A DNA stretch of 64,000 bases from a virus. Lineage: Duplodnaviria; Caudoviricetes. The position numbers and the translations under genes are program-made. The notes below the pieces were generated by a model. The model was not told the DNA's origin, ran no database searches, and worked only from the letters and a program-made list of their open reading frames with translations. The first letter of the stretch is position 1, and every line of letters starts with the position of its first letter. The DNA is taken from positions 16,404 to 80,403 of the IMG/VR virus record IMGVR_UViG_3300009103_000014. One strand, 5' to 3'. Below, piece by piece: positions 9,593 to 19,522 of this stretch.

Positions 9593-10186
9593 TTAGGTTT
9601 TTAAATTATTTTCCTGTTTTAACCACTTTTGGAATTGATTTTGGGCATTTTGGAGTGATTTTACCCAGTCAAAATCAGCATTTTCGTCGGCATTATCAGA
9701 AATATACTTGATACAACGAAACTTTATACCCAATTTAGCACAGACAGTTGCCATGGCATAAGCCTCCATATCTACTATATCTACTTTTGCTTCGTCAAAC
9801 CATGGGTCTTTTGTGTTTACAAAACTATCACCTGTCCCTAGTGTAATATTAGTGCCTGAATTAAGCATTATAGCATGAGTTACACCGCCTTGATACGGTG
9901 TTTGGCCTCGTGGTGCTAATGGTGTTGCTACCATATCTCGCTGTAAAATAGTATCTACTTCTACTAACCCAGTATGCTTACCATTTACAGAACCAACTGT
10001 TCCAAAATTAATAACTTCAGTAATTTTACCATAGCTCAGACTGTGATTATCTTGAATAATTCTTCTTGTTAAGTTAAATGTGGCATTTATTTTACCTACA
10101 CCTGTATATACGATGCCAGATATCTCTGGTGGTTTATTTGCTAATGGAAATTCTTCTTCCAAAGCTACACTTATTAATGTTCCCAA
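9593..10186 (-). CDS. MTA/SAH nucleosidase-like protein (PNP_UDP_1 family)
   Basis: TGVGKINA, INFGTVG, GTGDSF, VDMEAYA and KYISDNAD; TTG start at 10186 with AGGAG RBS downstream of its promoter. Confidence 0.85.
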   Translation of the reverse strand: MGTLISVALEEEFPLANKPPEISGIVYTGVGKINATFNLTRRIIQDNHSLSYGKITEVINFGTVGSVNGKHTGLVEVDTILQRDMVATPLAPRGQTPYQGGVTHAIMLNSGTNITLGTGDSFVNTKDPWFDEAKVDIVDMEAYAMATVCAKLGIKFRCIKYISDNADENADFDWVKSLQNAQNQFQKWLKQENNLKT

Positions 10187-10213
10187 TGTACTTCTCCTAT
10201 AAATAACTTTGTT

Positions 10214-10242
10214 ATTGTAACACAGACTAGTAAGTATGTCAA
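10214..10242 (-). promoter_or_regulatory. sigma70-type early promoter
   Basis: TTGACA-N17-TACAAT. Confidence 0.85.
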
Positions 10243-10270
10243 GTTTATCCTTCATAATAAAATAAACCAA

Positions 10271-10276
10271 TAAATA
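10271..10276 (+). promoter_or_regulatory. T4-like late promoter core (TAAATA)
   Basis: TAAATA upstream of the RBS and ATG 10297. Confidence 0.6.
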
Positions 10277-10296
10277 TCATAACTAAAGGAGACTCA

Positions 10297-11064
10297 ATGG
10301 AAATTGATGATAAAATTATTCCTCTGCCAATTGACTTTGGCATTAAGCCCTTAGACAATCAACAAACATATGATTGGATTAGAGATAACAAACACCCTCA
10401 AGGAAATCATTTTGGTTGTGCTTTACCATGGTTAATGTTAGACTTTCCTGAATGGCCTCATAAAGAAATGGCCGAAGAAGCTAAAAAAATAGATGAAGCT
10501 GGATTGATACCAGATTACAATAGTGGAAGTAATATAGGCTGGTCAGCTGTAGCACTTTATGGGTTAAGTTCCGACTCTACATTACCTCCAGAGGAATATG
10601 GTTACAGCAATTACCAAGAAGCTAGAGCCGCCGGAGCATTAAACTGGACTGAGATTGCGGACCATTGTCCAATTACTACAAAATTTTTCAAAGACGACTT
10701 TCATTACAAACGTTATAACAGAATTAGATTTATGAAAGTAGCACCAGGTGGAATTATACGTTGGCATAACGATGTCCCTGACAACGAAGGCCCTACATTT
10801 GATTTAGGCGTTGTTAATATTAGTTTAACTAATCCAGAAGGTTGTTATTTTCATATGGGACAATGGGGTAATATTCCTGTAACTGATGGTTGTATGTGGT
10901 TGTTTGGTAACAATCATTATCATATGGTTATTAATACAAGTAAAGAACCTAGATATCATATGATAGCTAGTGGAACACCAGACGAAAAATTCTGGGCTGA
11001 TATAACAGCAAATAGTTTTCGTCGACAATGGTGGGGTGAATTTGTAGAGGACGAAAATGATTAG
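10297..11064 (+). CDS. 2OG-Fe(II) oxygenase, aspartyl/asparaginyl beta-hydroxylase-like
   Basis: RIRFMKVAPGGIIRWHND (HxD) and HMVINTSKEPRYHMI (distal His, 2OG-binding Arg). Confidence 0.8.
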   Translation: MEIDDKIIPLPIDFGIKPLDNQQTYDWIRDNKHPQGNHFGCALPWLMLDFPEWPHKEMAEEAKKIDEAGLIPDYNSGSNIGWSAVALYGLSSDSTLPPEEYGYSNYQEARAAGALNWTEIADHCPITTKFFKDDFHYKRYNRIRFMKVAPGGIIRWHNDVPDNEGPTFDLGVVNISLTNPEGCYFHMGQWGNIPVTDGCMWLFGNNHYHMVINTSKEPRYHMIASGTPDEKFWADITANSFRRQWWGEFVEDEND

Positions 11065-11779
11065 TTGGAGTTTTATTAAAAATCAAGTTGCTTTAGTATA
11101 TTGGGATTATCGTAAATTCCTAGACGATAAAATTGATACTATGGATGAAAGTGGTGATACTGGTTTTATATTAACTAAAGCAAACCATGACGAACTTAAA
11201 GATATGTTTGCTTTTGAATATTCAGGCCCTGTTATTGAACTAGGTATTCTAAAAGCTATACAAAAATCTGAATCAAAATTTGCTATTATACAGGCACCAG
11301 GTAGTGTTATTGCTCGTGAATTTACTATTAGGGCTATAAACTATATGGAAAAAAATACTGAGTGTAGTGTTCTAGCTACCCATATACACAAAGTTGATAC
11401 CGAAGGTGATCGTTGGTGGGGTTTAATGCCGTATGTTATAGTTGTAAATTTAGTACATTTTAAAGAAGCCGGTAGATTATTTTTTGGCAATCGTAGAGAC
11501 GGTCCAGATGCTGGACAATTATTTCCTGAAATAGTAGATAACGATGGCATATTAACATCAACTGGTACAGATATACCTCCTCCAAGTAATAAATTGTTCT
11601 ATGGATGGAATTGGATATGTAAATTTTTACAAAAAGGATATGAAATTCATAAATTTGATAACAGAATAAATCCATTCAGACAATTTGTGTACTATGAATC
11701 AGAAAAAGATTTGAAAAAGCACAATTGGTTGCTAGAGAATATGACTGATTATATTGAGGACGGCGAACTTGACATCTGA
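11057..11779 (+). CDS. Hypothetical protein, possible GT-A-like fold
   Basis: Coupled ORF in the plus-strand cassette; FAIIQAPG and VIVVNL segments. Confidence 0.6.
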   Translation: MISWSFIKNQVALVYWDYRKFLDDKIDTMDESGDTGFILTKANHDELKDMFAFEYSGPVIELGILKAIQKSESKFAIIQAPGSVIAREFTIRAINYMEKNTECSVLATHIHKVDTEGDRWWGLMPYVIVVNLVHFKEAGRLFFGNRRDGPDAGQLFPEIVDNDGILTSTGTDIPPPSNKLFYGWNWICKFLQKGYEIHKFDNRINPFRQFVYYESEKDLKKHNWLLENMTDYIEDGELDI

Positions 11780-12959
11780 TTTTAACAAAGATTTTAACAA
11801 ATACAAAGTTGATGATAACGAATATCCTAATGCCCAAAGGATATTAGAATCTAAAGTTGACTTAATATTAGTAAACCCAAACGAAGAAACATATTTCTAT
11901 AGTTTACTTGTTAATAACGTTGTTAATAATGTACAAACTGTTAAAACACTAAAAGAAGCACTCGAATATAAAAGTAACTATGCTATTATTGTAGAGCATA
12001 ATGCTAAATTTTGTGAAACATTGTTTATTGAAATGTTAATCAAACACATTCGTGAACAAAAAAATATTAGTACTGGTAACATTCATCTTTTAAAACAAAG
12101 AGACCCTTTAATAGTTCGTGGTGGACAAGGAAACACTTTAGAAGATTGTATTACTGACAAAACATTAGAAGAATTTTCTACTCTTGACAGACCTGTTTGT
12201 AATGATTTAACAACATTAAAAATTGATGAATCAATTAGTCCTTGGCGGAGTAATATTTTTGCTTTTAATACAGAAATATATATAAACCCTTTTGAAAAAA
12301 TTAACAACAAAGAATTTGGTCACTATATGATGGTTGCTTCGGGTTGGTTATGGGCATGGTTATTACATACTAATAATTGGAACCCAAGAGAAAATCAATA
12401 TGTAACATTATTCGATGTTAGTGGGTTACAATTATTATTTGTAGAAAACTTAATAAGTTATTGGTCTCCGTGGGACCAATCTTATACTGACTTTGTTATG
12501 TCAAATGATCTTGCTAAAAGTATAATGATTAAATCTGGATGGATTGAAGATTTTTCAGAGGAAAGAATTAAAGAGAGTAAAGAACATTTAGATTCTTTAT
12601 GGGATCAAGAAATGAAAAGATGGGGCGATGAACAATCATTTCTAGAATTTTTTCGAGAACTACAATGGGCATCAGCTAATGGTAAACTATCTTATGCTAA
12701 TTTAAATATTATAAGTGATGGTTATATAACAAAAAAATTAGCATCTTCAACAAATGGAAGAACTTTTTGGTTTGTAAGTAACATCTTTACTAGTCATGCT
12801 AGTCGTATGTGGTCGAATGGTAGTAAAGAAAACGAACTAGACTGGTATGAGGTATTTAAAAAGAGACTAAACAAAAAAGATATTATATATGGACGTTATC
12901 CAATTTTTGATGAAAAAGAAGATATAATTAGACCTGAAAAATCCCCAGAGGAAATATAA
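11754..12959 (+). CDS. Hypothetical protein; C-terminal half paralogous to 12961..14109
   Basis: MMVASGWLWAWLLH...VTLFDVS...W....LNII...TFWFVSNIF...IIYG. Confidence 0.7.
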   Translation: MRTANLTSDFNKDFNKYKVDDNEYPNAQRILESKVDLILVNPNEETYFYSLLVNNVVNNVQTVKTLKEALEYKSNYAIIVEHNAKFCETLFIEMLIKHIREQKNISTGNIHLLKQRDPLIVRGGQGNTLEDCITDKTLEEFSTLDRPVCNDLTTLKIDESISPWRSNIFAFNTEIYINPFEKINNKEFGHYMMVASGWLWAWLLHTNNWNPRENQYVTLFDVSGLQLLFVENLISYWSPWDQSYTDFVMSNDLAKSIMIKSGWIEDFSEERIKESKEHLDSLWDQEMKRWGDEQSFLEFFRELQWASANGKLSYANLNIISDGYITKKLASSTNGRTFWFVSNIFTSHASRMWSNGSKENELDWYEVFKKRLNKKDIIYGRYPIFDEKEDIIRPEKSPEEI

Positions 12960-12960
12960 T

Positions 12961-14109
12961 ATGAAATATACTGAATACTATGAAATAATGAGAGACAATT
13001 ATTCTATTATAGTTCCTAAAACTATGAATCAAAATACTAAATTCTTTTCTAAAATAGTTTCATATTGTTTTGGTGATAGAATTTATTCTTCTGTTGAACA
13101 ATGTCCAACAGCTGGGTATTTTACTATTACTGACAACAATAAAAATATTAGTGAAGATATTTTAATGATGTTAGTACATCTTCAACATACAAAAAAAGCA
13201 GGTGAAGTTAAATCACATTGTGGTTCTATTATTGCTACCTATAATACATTTGATACTAATAACAAAGAAACATTAAACTCAAGTGATTATCAAGATGCTT
13301 TAACTATTACAGATGATTGGCAAACTAATAATTATTTTAGAAATGTAATTTCAATTTCATTAGGAGGATATACTTTAGTCCATCATATGTACAATACTGA
13401 AAAATATTGGAATGGTGGTATAAAGAAAGCAATTCGTACTAAGGCAAACTTTGATCAATTTGTTATGTTACCGAGCGGATTAAAATTTGCTTGGATGTTA
13501 CATAAATTAGGTTGGACACCTGATAAACCTTTAGTTCTTTTTGACATTAGTAGTCTTCCTATTGCTTTTGCTAAAGAAATGATACTATCATGGGATGGTT
13601 CTTATCCATTACATGATTGGGCGATAAAAGACCCTATTGCTAAAGGAGTACTATTAGCTAGTGGTCAATTACAAGAAGGTACAAGACCAGGAGCAGGACC
13701 AAAAGAATGGGACGATCTTTGGCAAAGAGAAATTAAACTCTGGGACGGAATTGAAAATATTATCGACACTATGGCAGACTTAAAAGAAGCAGAAGTTAAT
13801 AAAAACATTGTTTGGTGCTCTCTTAATGTTGTTACTGATTCAATGGGACAAGATATTATTTTTAAAAACTTAGATAATAAGCCTACAGTATTTTGGTTTA
13901 GTAATTGTTATAATACTAGTAGTACTGGTTCAATGATAGCAAGTGATGTTGATAACATTTATAACATTAAATCTAGATACAGCACATCTATTGACTTATA
14001 CCAAAACTTAAAATCTAAACTACCAAAAGATAGTTTAATAATAGGTAGCATTCCTGTTGAAGATTATGGAAGACATTCGGATGGTTGGGCTGGATTTGAT
14101 TGGTTATAA
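12961..14109 (+). CDS. Hypothetical protein with a possible Rossmann/SAM-binding-like C-terminal domain
   Basis: FVMLPSGLKFAWMLH...LVLFDIS...W..LNVV...TVFWFSNCY...LIIG. Confidence 0.7.
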   Translation: MKYTEYYEIMRDNYSIIVPKTMNQNTKFFSKIVSYCFGDRIYSSVEQCPTAGYFTITDNNKNISEDILMMLVHLQHTKKAGEVKSHCGSIIATYNTFDTNNKETLNSSDYQDALTITDDWQTNNYFRNVISISLGGYTLVHHMYNTEKYWNGGIKKAIRTKANFDQFVMLPSGLKFAWMLHKLGWTPDKPLVLFDISSLPIAFAKEMILSWDGSYPLHDWAIKDPIAKGVLLASGQLQEGTRPGAGPKEWDDLWQREIKLWDGIENIIDTMADLKEAEVNKNIVWCSLNVVTDSMGQDIIFKNLDNKPTVFWFSNCYNTSSTGSMIASDVDNIYNIKSRYSTSIDLYQNLKSKLPKDSLIIGSIPVEDYGRHSDGWAGFDWL

Positions 14110-14943
14110 AAGTTTATTAGCTTTAGTTAAATCATTAGACACTCTAGCATACATTTTTTTATAACTATCATTTTCATCTAATACAGGTTCTAAATATTCA
14201 AATTTAACATTTATCTTAGGTGATATTACTAACAAGTTAATTACCCCGCTACTACCAAATATATTTTTTTCAAAATTATTATAATTATCTGGATTAAAAT
14301 TCCTAACAGGACACCAATACATTTTTTCATATCCTAATTTTTTAAATCTAGTATATATATGAGTAAGATGTGTTTCATCATTACATTCAACAAATACACT
14401 AGGTAAATGTTTTGCCAATGTATGTTTGGCTCCTTTAAATACAGATAATTCTTCTCCTTCTACATCTACTTTTAAAAGATCTAATCTCGTAAATTGCATT
14501 TGATCTAATCTCATTGTAGGAACTAGTTCCATATATTCGCCACTTGTATTTAAACTAGATTCACCGTAGTTGCCAGGTTTTTGAGGATTGTAATTACTTA
14601 AATATCTATTACCAGCACTTCTACTTAAAGCATAAGGAAATACTGTAGCATTAGTAACTTTATTATCTAATAAATTACGTTCTAATAATCCTCTAGAATA
14701 TTCATTTGGTTCAAAGGCGTGTACATGACCTTTATGTGCTAATCTTGTAAAAGGTACTGTATGGGTTCCAATGTTAGCACCTATATCAGCTATATGCCAG
14801 TCTGGTTCTATTATTTGTTCTAAACACATTATTTCCCATTCACAATATTCGCCATATACATTTAAACTTTTTCCAATAATAATATCATTATCAAAAAAAG
14901 TATATGAACCGTGTCTACATTTTTTAGTTGTTATCATACCCAA
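14104..14943 (-). CDS. FkbM family methyltransferase
   Basis: DIGANIGTHT, HAFEP and LLKVDVEGEE. Confidence 0.9.
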   Translation of the reverse strand: MGMITTKKCRHGSYTFFDNDIIIGKSLNVYGEYCEWEIMCLEQIIEPDWHIADIGANIGTHTVPFTRLAHKGHVHAFEPNEYSRGLLERNLLDNKVTNATVFPYALSRSAGNRYLSNYNPQKPGNYGESSLNTSGEYMELVPTMRLDQMQFTRLDLLKVDVEGEELSVFKGAKHTLAKHLPSVFVECNDETHLTHIYTRFKKLGYEKMYWCPVRNFNPDNYNNFEKNIFGSSGVINLLVISPKINVKFEYLEPVLDENDSYKKMYARVSNDLTKANKLL

Positions 14944-15635
14944 TTCTCTGCTATTATAGGATCATTAGCAAGTTCAGAAGGATTTGGACTACCATGAAAA
15001 ACTAATACACTTGTATCATTATCTATTGTTGTAATATCTGAATTGTATTCTGTGGTACCCATTCTTTTTAATCCGCCGTTTAATACTTCCCATTTATAAC
15101 TCATTACCCATTTTTTAGGCCACCAAACTTTGTTGTCGCCTAAAATACTTGTTAACCAATCTTGGTCGCCTTTAAACTTATTAATAATTTTTGTTTTATC
15201 ATTTAAAAAGTCTACATAATATTTAACAAAAGAATTAGCCTTGAACATCATAACAGAACTATTACTTACATGGTAATCTGGCATAGAGTGTCTATTAAAA
15301 TCTTGACATATATTAAATTCTTCTGGTGAATTCTCAAACAATTTATCTAATTGTCCTACAATTACAGTATCTAAATCTAAATATAATACAAGACCTTCCC
15401 ATTGTTGTTCATTAAACATATTAGTTTTATACCACCAGGCTTTATTACCTTTTTGAAATTGTTCATCAACAGGAAGTTCTATAGGTATAACACCAGGTAT
15501 ATTTACATTTAACTCTGTTGTTAAGCAATAAAAATTAAAAGGTTGATGTAGATGTCGTTTGACGCTATTGTATAATTTCTGTACATAAGAAATATCATAC
15601 TTTGGTGGTACCCAAACACAAGCTACATTTACCAT
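14934..15635 (-). CDS. Glycosyltransferase (GT-A, GT8-like)
   Basis: WWYK, LYLDLD (DxD), NSSVM, GDQDW and VFHGSPNP. Confidence 0.85.
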   Translation of the reverse strand: MVNVACVWVPPKYDISYVQKLYNSVKRHLHQPFNFYCLTTELNVNIPGVIPIELPVDEQFQKGNKAWWYKTNMFNEQQWEGLVLYLDLDTVIVGQLDKLFENSPEEFNICQDFNRHSMPDYHVSNSSVMMFKANSFVKYYVDFLNDKTKIINKFKGDQDWLTSILGDNKVWWPKKWVMSYKWEVLNGGLKRMGTTEYNSDITTIDNDTSVLVFHGSPNPSELANDPIIAENWV

Positions 15636-15991
15636 TATACTTTTCTACCTATCGTTCTACGAACTATATCATTATGGTTAAACTCTGCCCAATACAATTC
15701 AAAAGCAACACCATCTTCTATGCCCTCAAATTGATGGACCATTCCAGGCTTAACTACTGTAAAGTCTCCTGGACTTAAAATTGTTTCGTCTATTAATCCG
15801 TCTTGATCATTATCTTGCCAAACACGAACAAGCATCTTTCCTGACTCTACAAAAAATCCGTTAAACTTATATTTGTGTTCATGTTCTGAACATTTAAATC
15901 CTGCTTTAAATTCTATTCTATGAAATTCTAATACACCATTGGCGTGTATTAATTCTGTTTGTCCCCATACTTTTCCTGCTTTTACTGTCAT
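15635..15991 (-). CDS. Cupin-domain protein (sugar isomerase-like)
   Basis: KVWG, CSEHEH...F.VESG and PG.VHQF. Confidence 0.8.
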   Translation of the reverse strand: MTVKAGKVWGQTELIHANGVLEFHRIEFKAGFKCSEHEHKYKFNGFFVESGKMLVRVWQDNDQDGLIDETILSPGDFTVVKPGMVHQFEGIEDGVAFELYWAEFNHNDIVRRTIGRKV

Positions 15992-16653
15992 GCTATATCT
16001 CCTATTAATGGAAAAATCTTTGCTATAGCTATAGCACAGGCGTGAGCTATTTCCATGTGTTCTTTTTGTGTTCCGTGAGCACTTCTTAAATCAATATAAT
16101 GTACCCAGCTTCGTAAAGTACCATTCATATACAAAGTTGTTTTAGTTAATCCTTCTGGCAAAACTGCTCTAGCTTGTTCTTTAGCTATTCCGTTAGTTAT
16201 TGCCCATTCATAAGCTCTTTCAGAGGCTTCTATGACTCCTTGTTGATACCTAAACCAATCCATAGTTAATTGAACATCTTCTGTTGGAATTGAATTTTGT
16301 CTATTAACAGGGTCTTGTAATCTTGTTTCTTTAGTAGTATACCAATCTTCCATTTGTGTAGGGTCAGCATAACGTTGACTAAATTCTTGAAAACTAAAAC
16401 TACGATGTCTAACTATTTGATGAGCAATATCTCTTGTTGTTTTAATTTCCAAACAGGCATTAACCATTTCCAAAGGTGACCAATGTTGATGTTTAATCAA
16501 ATACTTAATTAACTTTTCACTAGTTGCTTTGTTTACTTGATTACTTGGATTGCTTACTTTGGCACAATAGGCTATTAACTCTTGTATATTATCAAGACCT
16601 AAATGCTTATATTCGTCTGTAGGTTGTGTATACGATACTAATTTTACATTCAT
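15988..16653 (-). CDS. thyX: FAD-dependent thymidylate synthase
   Basis: HWSPLE, QIVRHRSFSFQEFSQRY (RHRX7S), EQARAVLP and TQKEH. Confidence 0.95.
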   Translation of the reverse strand: MNVKLVSYTQPTDEYKHLGLDNIQELIAYCAKVSNPSNQVNKATSEKLIKYLIKHQHWSPLEMVNACLEIKTTRDIAHQIVRHRSFSFQEFSQRYADPTQMEDWYTTKETRLQDPVNRQNSIPTEDVQLTMDWFRYQQGVIEASERAYEWAITNGIAKEQARAVLPEGLTKTTLYMNGTLRSWVHYIDLRSAHGTQKEHMEIAHACAIAIAKIFPLIGDIA

Positions 16654-16673
16654 AATAATTTCTCTATAATACT

Positions 16674-16702
16674 ATTATAACAAAACTTACAACAATGGTC
16701 AA
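16674..16702 (-). promoter_or_regulatory. sigma70-type early promoter for thyX
   Basis: TTGACC-N17-TATAAT. Confidence 0.8.
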
Positions 16703-17344
16703 TCATTTTAAAAACACAGCCTCTTTTTTAAATTGTCTTGGTTGCCACTTATAGCCATGTGACGCTAATAGTTCTTTCATTTTTCTGTGGGTGTGTTTTT
16801 CTTGTTGACTTCGTCTAGGCAACTCTACTACTAAACATACGTCATTATTTTTTAAAGTTTCCAATGACCCTAGTATTACTTCTTCCTCTGTACCTTGTAC
16901 GTCTATCTTTATATACCCAACGTTGGTTAAATTGTAACTATCTAATGTATGTACTGAAGTTGTTTCTCCACTATCTGTTGTTGCCCATTCACTATTTAAA
17001 CTACCAGCACCACAATTTTTAGCATTTGAATACAATACTTGATCATCTTTTTCTTCTTTGCCTAATGCTAAATTATATAATGTATAGTTTTCACTAGTGA
17101 CATTTTTTTCTAAACATTTACAGTTATCTAGGAAAGGTTCAAAAGCATGAACATGATTAAATTTTTCACAGAGAGGACTTGTCCAAAATCCAATATTAGC
17201 ACCAATATCTATTGCTATTGTATTAAAGTCTTTTACCTTTTTAAGAGTAAAGTCTCTACTATACTTTTGATAATGCCCTTCAATTATTTGCTTTTCAAAG
17301 TGGTAGTCATAATCTGGCATCCACCAACCTTTTACATTTTTCAT
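16703..17344 (-). CDS. FkbM family methyltransferase
   Basis: IDIGANIGFW, HAFEP and IKIDVQGTE. Confidence 0.9.
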   Translation of the reverse strand: MKNVKGWWMPDYDYHFEKQIIEGHYQKYSRDFTLKKVKDFNTIAIDIGANIGFWTSPLCEKFNHVHAFEPFLDNCKCLEKNVTSENYTLYNLALGKEEKDDQVLYSNAKNCGAGSLNSEWATTDSGETTSVHTLDSYNLTNVGYIKIDVQGTEEEVILGSLETLKNNDVCLVVELPRRSQQEKHTHRKMKELLASHGYKWQPRQFKKEAVFLK

Positions 17345-18009
17345 TTCATTACCACGTTTCGGTTATAACTATCCCAAGCAACAATATCATAATTGAGATG
17401 TTCTCGACAATAATCTATTCCAGATGTATCACCTGCTTCTGCTTCTACTACTAGTACAGGTTTGTGTTTTAGAATAGTTTCTTTTGCGCCTGCTAATACT
17501 CTTGTTTCAAATCCATCAACATCTATTTTAATATAATCTACTTGAGGTATATCAAACTGATCCAAAGCATAAATTCTATGATCTTGCCAGTTTGTTTTTT
17601 CTCCTACCCTCTCAACCATCATATTAGCACCGCCACTAACTTTAATAACTTTTTCTGCTTCACCTAGTCCTGTATGAAATAAAGTTATTTTGTCTAGGGG
17701 TATGTTATGAGTAAAATATGCTCTTGGTCTATAATCAAAGCAATATACGTGATTAAAGTTGTTTGCTAGATACCTAGCATATTCTCCATCTCTACATCCA
17801 ATATCAATAGCATTATTAAACGAATCAATATGTGGTATACTGGCTACCCATGTAACTTTACAATGATGGTTTGGAAATTCTTTATTTCCATCAACACTTT
17901 TAAAATAATCTCTTTCATACCAATCAGGCTGGTAACCACCTTCTACTGATTGGGGTAACTCGACAGGTTTAATTGGATACATCATGTTCATACCACCGTT
18001 CAATATCAT
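17341..18009 (-). CDS. FkbM family methyltransferase (divergent)
   Basis: IDIGCRDGEY and IKIDVDGFE; true start may be a downstream Met. Confidence 0.85.
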   Translation of the reverse strand: MILNGGMNMMYPIKPVELPQSVEGGYQPDWYERDYFKSVDGNKEFPNHHCKVTWVASIPHIDSFNNAIDIGCRDGEYARYLANNFNHVYCFDYRPRAYFTHNIPLDKITLFHTGLGEAEKVIKVSGGANMMVERVGEKTNWQDHRIYALDQFDIPQVDYIKIDVDGFETRVLAGAKETILKHKPVLVVEAEAGDTSGIDYCREHLNYDIVAWDSYNRNVVMK

Positions 18010-18832
18010 TTTCTGTTAGCTTGTTAGTTTCGCCTTTCCATATTTCAATAATATGTGCTGGCTTATCACTTTTGTTTCTACCTTTATGCCAATACCCTTT
18101 TGCTATATCAACAGGATTAGCAGGAGCCAACGTCCACACATTTGCTCCATCAAATGGATTACCCATTAATGTCCAATTAACTAATACTTCAGCTTCACCA
18201 CTAACAAGGTTCCAAGTTTCACTTCTGTTTTGATGACGTTGCATACTCAAACTACTATGTGGGTTAATAACTAATTCTTTAACCATAAATCCTTTGCCTT
18301 TATATAAGTTTCTATAATGCCCCCAACTACGAACAACTTTAGGTGCCTTCCAATTTTCTAATAACCAACTACTTGAATTCTTTTTATCTTCTCCACCTAC
18401 ACCAAAAACAAATTGTACCTGGCTTTCATCATAATAATGAGAAACTTCTGGTATATTTTCTCTTGTTCGATCACCGCCATTAGCAAATATAACAGTATCT
18501 TCCCAAGAAGCAGTTTTTGAACCTACGTTAAACACATTACCAGCAAGAACTTTTTCAATAGCATCTATGGCAGTTCCATCAGTCCAAACTTGGTCACCAT
18601 TTATATTTGTATCATTAAATGTAATAGCTTGATCTACACATCTTAATTCTTCAACAACAGCAAGACGCTCTTTCATAGGCATAAAAGGTTTTCCTTTTTT
18701 ACGCCTTAACCATTCATCTGAATTAAGACCGACAACTAGTTTATCACCAAGTTTTCTTGCTTCTTTAAACAAAGCAATATGACCTGAATGTAATGGGTCA
18801 AATCCGCCAGTTACTAATACAATTTTAGACAT
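17969..18832 (-). CDS. Cytidylyltransferase (HIGH family) fused to a mannose-6-phosphate isomerase type II cupin
   Basis: TGGFDPLHSGH, VGLNSD and FANGGDR; C-terminal RSWG..., LSMQRHQNRSETW. Confidence 0.9.
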   Translation of the reverse strand: MSKIVLVTGGFDPLHSGHIALFKEARKLGDKLVVGLNSDEWLRRKKGKPFMPMKERLAVVEELRCVDQAITFNDTNINGDQVWTDGTAIDAIEKVLAGNVFNVGSKTASWEDTVIFANGGDRTRENIPEVSHYYDESQVQFVFGVGGEDKKNSSSWLLENWKAPKVVRSWGHYRNLYKGKGFMVKELVINPHSSLSMQRHQNRSETWNLVSGEAEVLVNWTLMGNPFDGANVWTLAPANPVDIAKGYWHKGRNKSDKPAHIIEIWKGETNKLTENDIERWYEHDVSN

Positions 18833-18834
18833 TA

Positions 18835-19521
18835 TTATTGACTAGAGTATAGATTAATAACTTCCTTTTTCCAGATATCACTGTACTCACAATTCCTCAT
18901 ATTATCAAACCAAGGTCCTCCCAAGGTATAATGTAAAACTTTTGGTTTTACATCTGCTGTTTCTTTATACCAACCAACAAGCCAATTATAACTGTGATGT
19001 AGACTACCTATTTCCGAATCATCTAACCAACTAAACCTATGGAGGTATTTTCCGGTGGTGTTAGGGTCGTTAATAAGCTCACTAGTTAACTTTTTATTGC
19101 TAGGGTGTCCACAGTTAAACAAAACAACAGAACTCCAATTTTTCCGCGGATATGGTAGTTGTAACTGGTTATCCATTTTAGTACCTTCACTGATATTATA
19201 TTCATGTTGAACACACATTACAGCATATTTGTCATCTGCTTGATCAAATATTTCTTTAGCATCTGTTAAAAATACCATATCACAATCGCAGAACATAGCC
19301 CAGCCTTCATAGTTGTTTAAAAATGGAACTAAAAATCTAGTAAACGTAAATTCTGTACTACCTAACTTATCTACTTCTCTAGTATATGCGCCTTTATCTC
19401 TTAACTCATTTTGTTTTAACGGTAATACATTTGTTGTTTTAGATCTCTTAAGAATACTATGCTCACAAACTTGATAAGCAATATCCTCTCTACTATCCCA
19501 TCCTATATAAACGTTATTCAT
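18835..19521 (-). CDS. Glycosyltransferase (GT8-like)
   Basis: YIGWDSRE, STEFTFTRFLVP, FCDCD, YPRKNWSS and HYTLGGPWF. Confidence 0.88.
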   Translation of the reverse strand: MNNVYIGWDSREDIAYQVCEHSILKRSKTTNVLPLKQNELRDKGAYTREVDKLGSTEFTFTRFLVPFLNNYEGWAMFCDCDMVFLTDAKEIFDQADDKYAVMCVQHEYNISEGTKMDNQLQLPYPRKNWSSVVLFNCGHPSNKKLTSELINDPNTTGKYLHRFSWLDDSEIGSLHHSYNWLVGWYKETADVKPKVLHYTLGGPWFDNMRNCEYSDIWKKEVINLYSSQ

Positions 19522-19522
19522 T

